NCBI RefSeq assembly: GCF_000012345.1
Contig: NC_007205.1
Span: 990,001-1,022,000, forward strand
Reading direction: 5' to 3'
DNA: 32,000 nt
DNA from: Candidatus Pelagibacter ubique HTCC1062
GTDB lineage: Bacteria; Pseudomonadota; Alphaproteobacteria; Pelagibacterales; Pelagibacteraceae
Below are positions 25,502-32,000 of the stretch, in pieces. Numbering within the stretch: position 1 is the stretch's first letter; each line of letters opens with the position of its first letter. The position numbers were made by a program, and so were the translations under genes. The notes below the pieces were generated by a model, which searched no databases, was not told where the DNA came from, and was given only the letters and a program-made list of their open reading frames with translations.

Positions 25502-26601
25502 TAAATAATTTCCTGTTTAGTAATCTTTATATCATAACCTTCCAAACCAATAACTTTTTTAAGAGACTTAGTAATTAATATCATATTTTTAATCTTTAAA
25601 TCTTTAATTATTTGAGCACCAATACCATAATTTCTTATAAGCTTATCATTTCCTTTTTTATAGAAATTTTTGTTTTTATAATCCTTAAGTGTTTGTGTAA
25701 CAGATTTTAAATTTGTATCTTTTATAAAAACTAAAACACAGTTATTAAATTTCTTAAAATAATTTAAAGTTTTATCAAATGAATTTGGTAATTGTTGATT
25801 GATTAAATAATTTTGAACTACGTTAGAAGAAATTACTCTAACTCTTGGTATTATCCCTTTTTTAATATTTCCTTTAATCAAAGCAAAATGCTCAGATCCA
25901 TCTAAAAGGTTTTCATAAATTCGAATTTTATATTTTTGATTTTTTACTTTAATATCTGATTGTTTTTTAAGTTTAATTAATTTTTCTTTTTTTAAACGAT
26001 AAGCAATAAGATCTTCAATTTTACCTATCTTTAAATTATGTTTGTTTGCAAAATCAAATAAATCTTGGCCTTTGGCCATTGTCCCATCTTCATTCATTAT
26101 TTCACAAATAACTGCAGAGTTATTTTTTTTAGCAAGTTTTGAAATATCAACAGAGGCTTCTGTGTGACCAGCTCTTACTAAAACGCCGCCGTCTTTCGCA
26201 ATAATTGGAAAAACATGTCCAGGTGAAACTATGTCTTTCTTATTTGCATTTTTTTTTGAAGCAATTTTAATTGTCTTTGCTCTATCTTTTGCTGAGATAC
26301 CTGTTGTTATTCCTTTTTTTGCTTCAATAGAAATTGTAAATGCAGTTTTATTCCTTGATTGATTGATTGGTGACATCAAAGATAAATTTAATCGCTTTGC
26401 TTGTACACTATCTAGCGCCAGACAAATTAATCCACGACCATATTTTGCCATAAAATTTATATTTTTAGCGCTTGAGTCAGTGGTTGATATTATTAAGTCT
26501 CCTTCGTTTTCTCTTTTCTCATCATCAACTAAGATGAACATACCACCTTTCTTTGCGATATTTATTATACTTTCAATGGATGCATAATTATTTTTTTTCA
26601 T
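25501..26601 (-). CDS. ribB: 3,4-dihydroxy-2-butanone-4-phosphate synthase fused to a degenerate GTP-cyclohydrolase-II-like domain (RibBX-type)
   Basis: 366 aa. The N-terminal DHBPS motifs are intact (DDEKRENEGDLI, VRAGHTEASVD). The C-terminal domain aligns to RibA, but the RVHSEC and CDCG zinc-ligand blocks read RVRVISSN and NQQLPNSF. Confidence 0.88.
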   Translation of the reverse strand: MKKNNYASIESIINIAKKGGMFILVDDEKRENEGDLIISTTDSSAKNINFMAKYGRGLICLALDSVQAKRLNLSLMSPINQSRNKTAFTISIEAKKGITTGISAKDRAKTIKIASKKNANKKDIVSPGHVFPIIAKDGGVLVRAGHTEASVDISKLAKKNNSAVICEIMNEDGTMAKGQDLFDFANKHNLKIGKIEDLIAYRLKKEKLIKLKKQSDIKVKNQKYKIRIYENLLDGSEHFALIKGNIKKGIIPRVRVISSNVVQNYLINQQLPNSFDKTLNYFKKFNNCVLVFIKDTNLKSVTQTLKDYKNKNFYKKGNDKLIRNYGIGAQIIKDLKIKNMILITKSLKKVIGLEGYDIKITKQEII

Positions 26602-27181
26602 TAAAATAATTTCTAACGTATTTAGATAAGATATCTATCTCTATATTAACTAGACTGCCTTTTTTTAACGAAGATAAATTAGTTAGCTTAAAGGTGTGTG
26701 GAATAACCCAAACTTGAAAACCTTTTTTGGTTACTTTGGAAATTGTTAAAGAAATTCCATTTATACATATAGAGGCTTTATCAATTAAATTTGCTCGTTC
26801 TTTTTTAGGAATTTCAAAATTAAATAAATATGATTTATCAATTTTTTTAATACTCTGTATTTTGCCTACCGCATCGATGTGGCCTTGGCAAATATGTCCT
26901 GATATTTTTTGGCCAAATTTTAAAGGAAGTTCAAGATTAATTTTATCATTTATTTTTAAGAATTTAAATTTTGATCTTTGTATAGTTTCATCAGAAAGAT
27001 AAAATTCCATTATCAGATTTTTAATATCGATTAATGTTAAGCAAACACCATCACAAGCAACTGATACACCCAAATCTTTACGAGTTAATTTTAAATTAGC
27101 TTTTACAAAAATATTAATACCTTTTGATCTTTTTTCAAATTTAGTAATTAAACCTTGATTAAAAATTATTCCATTAAACAT
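26588..27181 (-). CDS. ribE: riboflavin synthase (alpha chain)
   Basis: 197 aa. MFNGIIFNQG N-terminus and a duplicated lumazine-binding barrel (SVACDGVCLT / SICINGISLT). Confidence 0.9.
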   Translation of the reverse strand: MFNGIIFNQGLITKFEKRSKGINIFVKANLKLTRKDLGVSVACDGVCLTLIDIKNLIMEFYLSDETIQRSKFKFLKINDKINLELPLKFGQKISGHICQGHIDAVGKIQSIKKIDKSYLFNFEIPKKERANLIDKASICINGISLTISKVTKKGFQVWVIPHTFKLTNLSSLKKGSLVNIEIDILSKYVRNYFNEKK

Positions 27182-27185
27182 AATA

Positions 27186-28286
27186 TTATTTGTAAAGCGT
27201 GATTACGTCTTTGCCTAATTTTTTATTAATTTTCAATTTATTTTTATAATTTTTCTTTAATTCTTTAAGAAAACCAAACTCTTTATGATTAACTAACTTT
27301 GATAAACTTTTACTACATTTGTATAAATAAAATTCATTAAATAATTTTTTTTTAATAATGTGTTTAGAAAGATCATTTCCCCCTTCAACTAATAAATTCC
27401 TACAGCCAAGGACATAGAGTTTCATTAAAATTGATTTAATATCAAAGCTATTTTTATTTAATTTACTTTTGATTAAAGTTATACCTTTTTTTTTTAACAT
27501 TAATTTCACCTCAGCTTTGGCGTTATAATAAAAAATTATAGTATTGTCTTTATTTGCTGTTTTAAAAATATATGAATTCTTTTTAATTTCTAAGTTTCTA
27601 TCTAAAATTATTCTTTTAGGAGAAAATTTACTCAAACCTTCTAGTCTGCAATTGAGTTTTGGGTCATCTTTATTTAACGTTTTGGAGGAAATCATTAACG
27701 AGTCATTTTTATATCTAAGAAAATGTGTAAATCTATCAGTATGAATATCTGAAATTCTTTTAGTATCTTTGCTATATATCAAATTATTTTTAGAAATTGC
27801 AATTTTACCAGTAACATAAGGAAGGTTTTTTTTTCTATTAAAAAAATAAGGTGCGTAAAATTTATTAATTTGTTTTTTGAGTAAATCTTTTTTTACTAAA
27901 ATATTTTTTGACTTAAGAATATTTAAAGTTTTACCTTTAACTTTTTTATCAATATCTTCAACTCCATAGACAACTTCTTTAATTTTATTTTTAATTATAA
28001 TATTTGTGCATGGGGGTGTTTTTCCATAATGACTACATGGTTCAAGGGTCACATACATTTTTGAGCCTTCTATATTTTCATGTGAATTTTTAATGGCATT
28101 AAATTCTGCATGAGGCGTACCTTTAAAACCTGTTTGACCAATTGAAAGTATTTTATTATTTTTGACAATCACACAGCCTACAGAAGGATTAATTCCAGTT
28201 AGTCCATGACGAGCTTTTGCCAAATTCAAGGCAAGCTCCATAAAAATTTTATCTTTAATTGAAAATTTATCTTTTTTTGTAGACAT
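27186..28286 (-). CDS. ribD: bifunctional riboflavin biosynthesis deaminase/reductase RibD
   Basis: 366 aa. Deaminase zinc motifs HAEFNA and [12 protein letters not shown], plus a C-terminal reductase domain (LLVEGG). Confidence 0.9.
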   Translation of the reverse strand: MSTKKDKFSIKDKIFMELALNLAKARHGLTGINPSVGCVIVKNNKILSIGQTGFKGTPHAEFNAIKNSHENIEGSKMYVTLEPCSHYGKTPPCTNIIIKNKIKEVVYGVEDIDKKVKGKTLNILKSKNILVKKDLLKKQINKFYAPYFFNRKKNLPYVTGKIAISKNNLIYSKDTKRISDIHTDRFTHFLRYKNDSLMISSKTLNKDDPKLNCRLEGLSKFSPKRIILDRNLEIKKNSYIFKTANKDNTIIFYYNAKAEVKLMLKKKGITLIKSKLNKNSFDIKSILMKLYVLGCRNLLVEGGNDLSKHIIKKKLFNEFYLYKCSKSLSKLVNHKEFGFLKELKKNYKNKLKINKKLGKDVITLYK

Positions 28287-28725
28287 CTAATTTGTCAACG
28301 AATTGCACAAAGTCTTTTTCTTCTCTAAAATTTCTATAAACAGATGCAAATCTAACGTATGCAACAGGATCAAGATCTTTCAAACCTTCCATAACCATTG
28401 TGCCAATTGTATTTGATGAAATTTCACTTTGACCAAGTTCTTCTAAAGCTCTTGAAGTTCGACTAATAAATTTTTCTGCAGTTTCGGTATCAATAGGTCT
28501 TTTCTTTAATGCTATATAAATTGATTTAGAAAGTTTATCTCTATCAAACGATGATTTTCTTCCATTCTTTTTGACGACCATTATTTCTCTAAATTGTACT
28601 CTTTCGAAAGTTGTGAATCTAGCTCCACACACACAAAGTCTTCTTCTTCTTATGGCAGTTCCATCTTCTGTAGGTCTAGAATCTACTACTGATGTTTCAC
28701 CTTTTTTACAAATTGAACAAATCAT
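28267..28725 (-). CDS. nrdR: transcriptional repressor NrdR
   Basis: 152 aa. Zinc-ribbon plus ATP-cone pattern MICSIC...VVDSR...[17 protein letters not shown] ... [13 protein letters not shown]. Its 3' end overlaps the ribD 5' end by 20 nt. Confidence 0.93.
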   Translation of the reverse strand: MICSICKKGETSVVDSRPTEDGTAIRRRRLCVCGARFTTFERVQFREIMVVKKNGRKSSFDRDKLSKSIYIALKKRPIDTETAEKFISRTSRALEELGQSEISSNTIGTMVMEGLKDLDPVAYVRFASVYRNFREEKDFVQFVDKLDVYKKR

Positions 28726-30035
28726 TATTTCAAATTTTTATATATTGGAAAGTTAGATGTAAGATCTATAACTTCATTTCTAACCTCTTCTTCAATTTTA
28801 CCGTTGTCCTCAGGGTTTTCAGACAAACCTTTTACAACTTTAGTAATTAATTCACCTACTTTCTCAAACTCTTTTAAACCAAAGCCTCTAGTTGTTGCAG
28901 CTTGAGTTCCAAGTCTTATCCCAGAAGTAATCATTGGCTTTTCAGAGTCAAAAGGTATTCCATTTTTGTTACAGGTAATATTAGCATTAGAAAGGCTTTC
29001 AGCAGCGGCATTACCCTTAACATTGAAAGGTCTTAGATCAACTAACATTAAATGAGTATCCGTTCCACCAGAATAAATTTTAAAACCATTATTCTTAAGT
29101 GTCTCAGATAAAATTTTGGCATTTGCCAAAACTGATTTGATATAATCTTTAAAATCTGGCCTTAAAGCTTCCAAAAACCCAGCAGCCTTTCCAGCGATGA
29201 CATGCATCAACGGTCCACCTTGATAACCAGGAAATACTGCAGTATTAAATTTTTTTGCTAGGTCTTCATGATTAGTTAAAATAATTCCACCTCTAGCACT
29301 TCTGAAAACTTTATGAGTTGTTGAAGTAACTACGTGTGCGTGTTCACATGGGTTAGGATAACCTTTACCAGCAACTAAACCTGAAAAATGAGCCATATCC
29401 ACCATCAAATATGCCCCTACTTTATCAGCAATCTCTCTAAATCTTTTAAAGTCAATTACTCTAGAATAAGCGCTACCACCACAAATTATGAGTTTTGGTT
29501 TATGTTCTAATGCAAGTTTTTCAACATTATCATAATCAATAAGTTCAGACTCTTTATCAACGTCATACCCTATGGGATTAAACCATTTACCTGACATTGA
29601 TATTTTTAACCCATGAGTAATATGTCCACCAGAATTTAAACTCATTCCCATAAATGTATCACCAGGATTTAATAGCGCTAAAAATACAGCACCATTTGCT
29701 TGAGCCCCAGAATGTGGTTGGGCATTTGCAAATTTACAATCAAAAATTTTCTTTAATCTCTCTATGGCTAAATTTTCAGCAACATCAACATGCTCACATC
29801 CATTATAGTATCTTTTTCCAGGATATCCTTCTGCATATTTATTTGTTAATACAGAGCCTTGAGCCTCTAAAACAGCTTGAGAAACTATATTTTCAGAAGC
29901 AATTAATTCTATATGTTGTTGTTGTCTTTTTAGCTCATCACTTATGGCTTTATGTAATTCTGGATCAGTTACAGATAAGCTGTCATCAAAAAAGCTTTTA
30001 TAATTTTCATTTAAATAGTTTTTTTCACTAGACAT
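28725..30035 (-). CDS. glyA: serine hydroxymethyltransferase
   Basis: 436 aa. [23 protein letters not shown] and the PLP-lysine block [16 protein letters not shown]. Confidence 0.96.
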   Translation of the reverse strand: MSSEKNYLNENYKSFFDDSLSVTDPELHKAISDELKRQQQHIELIASENIVSQAVLEAQGSVLTNKYAEGYPGKRYYNGCEHVDVAENLAIERLKKIFDCKFANAQPHSGAQANGAVFLALLNPGDTFMGMSLNSGGHITHGLKISMSGKWFNPIGYDVDKESELIDYDNVEKLALEHKPKLIICGGSAYSRVIDFKRFREIADKVGAYLMVDMAHFSGLVAGKGYPNPCEHAHVVTSTTHKVFRSARGGIILTNHEDLAKKFNTAVFPGYQGGPLMHVIAGKAAGFLEALRPDFKDYIKSVLANAKILSETLKNNGFKIYSGGTDTHLMLVDLRPFNVKGNAAAESLSNANITCNKNGIPFDSEKPMITSGIRLGTQAATTRGFGLKEFEKVGELITKVVKGLSENPEDNGKIEEEVRNEVIDLTSNFPIYKNLK

Positions 30036-30037
30036 AA

Positions 30038-30463
30038 TTAAATCTTTTTAATTCTTTTTGCGTGTCTTCCACCTTCAAACTTTGTATTTAAAAAAACGCT
30101 TACACAATTTATAGCAGTTTTTTTAGTAAGAAGTCTTGAACCTAATGTAATGATATTTGCATTGTTATGCAATCTTGATAATTTAGTTGATTTCAAATTA
30201 AAACACTGAGCGGCGCGTATATTTTTATGTCTATTTGCAGCAATATTCATTCCCATCCCAGAGCCACATACGAGTATGCCTGCATGATTATTGTTTGTTT
30301 TAACTTTTTTAGCAACTTTATGAGCATAGTCTGGATAGTCAACACTTTCACTATTGAATGGACCTAAGTCTGTATAGTTAATTTTCTTTTTATCTAAATG
30401 AAGTTTAATTAATTCTTTTAATTTATAGCCAGCGTGATCAGAGGATAAAAATATTTTTTTCAA
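30038..30463 (-). CDS. rpiB: ribose-5-phosphate isomerase B
   Basis: 141 aa. [26 protein letters not shown] and [10 protein letters not shown]. Confidence 0.9.
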   Translation of the reverse strand: MKKIFLSSDHAGYKLKELIKLHLDKKKINYTDLGPFNSESVDYPDYAHKVAKKVKTNNNHAGILVCGSGMGMNIAANRHKNIRAAQCFNLKSTKLSRLHNNANIITLGSRLLTKKTAINCVSVFLNTKFEGGRHAKRIKKI

Positions 30464-30464
30464 T

Positions 30465-31106
30465 TTAATTAAACTTATAATCTAAAACACAGGCTACCAA
30501 GTGAACTCTGTTTTCTTCACCACCATTAAAGGCATTATGGTATTTTACATTATTAGTTACCCACACTGAGCCATCAGCAGGCATATGTTTTGCGACATTA
30601 TCAATAACCATTAAGCAACCAGGGTTTGTAATTATAGGTATATGTAACCTTGGCTCTGGATCTCTATGCCAACTCAATGTTGATCTTGGCTCCTTAAGTA
30701 AAATTCTAACTCTACCTAATTTGTATTTTGAAGAAAGTGCATCAAATACTTCCTTGAAATAAGTGTTTTCATAGTCTGGTATAAATTCAGAGTATGCAGC
30801 CTCATCTATTGAAACATCTCTAGTAACTTCTTTTCCTGATTTGTCTGGTTTTGTCCAGTAAGAGCCTCTAGCCTTACTTCCTTTAATAGAATCTGGATCT
30901 CCAGGAATTTGTGTTAAACAAATAGCCCCAAAGTGAGCAATACCACCGCCATCATCAAATTTTCTTGTTTGAACAATTTGGTTATAAGCTTCTTGGAGTT
31001 TATTAATATCAAATTTAATATCTTGTTTTTGAAAATCACTAAAATCTAAAACTTTTTGATCTTTTTTTAGATCTAAGTCAATTATGTTTTTGTTGTCTAA
31101 GCTCAT
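30465..31106 (-). CDS. aspartyl/asparaginyl beta-hydroxylase-family 2OG-Fe(II) oxygenase (cupin), soluble
   Basis: 213 aa. LSWHRDPEPRLHIPIITNPGC ... WVTNNVKYHNAFNGGEENRVHLV fits the H-x-D...H facial triad and the overall Asp_Arg_Hydrox pattern. No TM segment. Confidence 0.62.
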   Translation of the reverse strand: MSLDNKNIIDLDLKKDQKVLDFSDFQKQDIKFDINKLQEAYNQIVQTRKFDDGGGIAHFGAICLTQIPGDPDSIKGSKARGSYWTKPDKSGKEVTRDVSIDEAAYSEFIPDYENTYFKEVFDALSSKYKLGRVRILLKEPRSTLSWHRDPEPRLHIPIITNPGCLMVIDNVAKHMPADGSVWVTNNVKYHNAFNGGEENRVHLVACVLDYKFN

Positions 31107-31178
31107 GCAGTTGTTTTCTACCTTTTTTAATATATATTTGTATAATACATTTGTCGCATTTTAAAAGCAGATTTAAAC

Positions 31179-32000
31179 ATGATTACAGGAAATTACCCAA
31201 ATTTAAGACTTAGACGTAGTCGTAAAAATGATTGGTCTAGAAGATTAGTTCAAGAAAATAGCCTGTCATCTAGCGATTTTATATTACCTATATTTTTGAT
31301 TGATGGAAAAAATATAAAACAATCCATTAAAACAATGCCTGATGTTTATAGATACACAATAGATAAACTTGGAATTATTGTTGATAGAGCAATCAAAAGC
31401 AAAATACCTATGGTTGCATTGTTCCCTTATACAAATAAAACAAAAAAAAATGAAATTGGAAGTGAGGCATTGAATGAAGACAATCTTGTTTGTAAGGCCA
31501 TTCGATATATTAAAAAAAGATATAAAAATGAAATTGGTATTATGTGTGATGTAGCTTTAGATCCTTATACCTCACATGGTCATGATGGTTTAATAAAATC
31601 AGGCTACGTGTTAAATGATGAAACTATTGAAGTATTAATAAATCAATCATTGTTACAAGCAGAAATTGGCTGTGATATTCTGGCTCCCTCAGACATGATG
31701 GATGGAAGAATAGGTAAAATAAGAAAAGCTTTAGATAAGGAGGGTCATGAAATGGTTCAACTACTTTCTTATGCAGTAAAATATGCTTCAAGTTTTTATG
31801 GTCCATTCAGAGATGCAGTTGGTTCTAAAGGTTTGTTAAAGGGTGATAAGAAAAATTATCAAATGGACTTTAGAAATAGCAATGAGGCAATAAGAGAAGT
31901 GGCGTTAGATATTAAAGAAGGAGCTGATATGGTTATGGTTAAACCCGGTATGCCCTATCTTGATATAATTAAAACAGTTAAAGATAATTTTAAAATTCCT
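31179..32000 (+). CDS. hemB: porphobilinogen synthase (delta-aminolevulinic acid dehydratase), 5' part; runs off the right edge
   Basis: Not in the supplied ORF track because it is open at the window end. Hand translation from the ATG at 31179 gives NLRLRRSRKNDWSRRLVQEN..., CDVALDPYTSHGHDG (Asp-rich, Zn-independent type metal region), APSDMMDGRIG, SYAVKYASSFYGPFRDA and MVKPGMPYLDI. Confidence 0.93.
   Translation, partial: MITGNYPNLRLRRSRKNDWSRRLVQENSLSSSDFILPIFLIDGKNIKQSIKTMPDVYRYTIDKLGIIVDRAIKSKIPMVALFPYTNKTKKNEIGSEALNEDNLVCKAIRYIKKRYKNEIGIMCDVALDPYTSHGHDGLIKSGYVLNDETIEVLINQSLLQAEIGCDILAPSDMMDGRIGKIRKALDKEGHEMVQLLSYAVKYASSFYGPFRDAVGSKGLLKGDKKNYQMDFRNSNEAIREVALDIKEGADMVMVKPGMPYLDIIKTVKDNFKIP

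Noticed and set aside
31141-31146. Perfect TATAAT hexamer 33 nt upstream of the hemB ATG, considered as a possible promoter -10.
   Set aside because: No acceptable -35 lies at 16-19 nt spacing. TATAAT occurs frequently by chance at this composition, so it is not reported as a feature.
3532-31806. ORF-track entries lying antisense to or inside stronger genes: 3532-3897, 7279-7524, 7762-7956, 13176-13436, 14916-15161, 15819-16022, 16061-16252, 19095-19376, 19841-20239, 23017-23226, 26363-26587, 26727-27002, 27544-27744, 28571-28756, 29654-30031 and 31624-31806.
   Set aside because: Each is fully overlapped by a gene with clear family motifs on the other strand or frame. Their translations are low-complexity or hydrophobic mirror-frame products with no recognisable domains.
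1-32000. CRISPR arrays, rRNA genes, transposases/IS elements and prophage structural or lysis genes.
   Set aside because: I saw no regularly spaced direct repeats, no rRNA-like conserved blocks, no DDE or HUH transposase motifs, and no capsid, terminase or tail-like ORFs. The only mobility-type gene is the tyrosine recombinase.

Overview
The window looks like a very AT-rich, gene-dense, streamlined alphaproteobacterial chromosome. This is an inference from composition, few-bp or overlapping gene junctions, alphaproteobacterial synteny and a SAM-II/SAM-V-like leader on metY, and it most resembles Pelagibacterales (SAR11). The window splits into two parts. (1) About 0.27-10.4 kb is an accessory segment. 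It starts at a tRNA-Glu(UUC) just downstream of a recJ-like 3' end. It carries a GIY-YIG nuclease gene, then a translationally coupled, very low-GC surface-glycan operon: a fused double glycosyltransferase, a NodB deacetylase, a His-variant DegT/RfbH-type sugar 3-dehydratase, an SDR, a methyltransferase and a GT9. A convergent FkbM methyltransferase follows, then an intact Cre-like tyrosine recombinase with a lox-like palindrome at its start codon. Next is a GNAT/MGMT gene pair bracketed by the two largest non-coding gaps in the window (298 bp and 596 bp). (2) About 10.4-32 kb is conserved core: eamA-like and AEC transporters, hom, argC, rpsI-rplM, riboswitch-led metY, ctaA, chorismate mutase, rpmG, merR-ihfA-plsX-rpmF, bamE, hppA, thiL-nusB-ribH-ribB(X)-ribE-ribD-nrdR-glyA-rpiB, a cupin hydroxylase and hemB. 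I saw no CRISPR array, rRNA, transposase or phage structural genes. The most interesting material is the recombinase-associated island, its palindromic candidate site, and the 596-bp non-coding gap, which has no detectable att duplication. All functional calls rest on motif recognition by eye, not on database searches.
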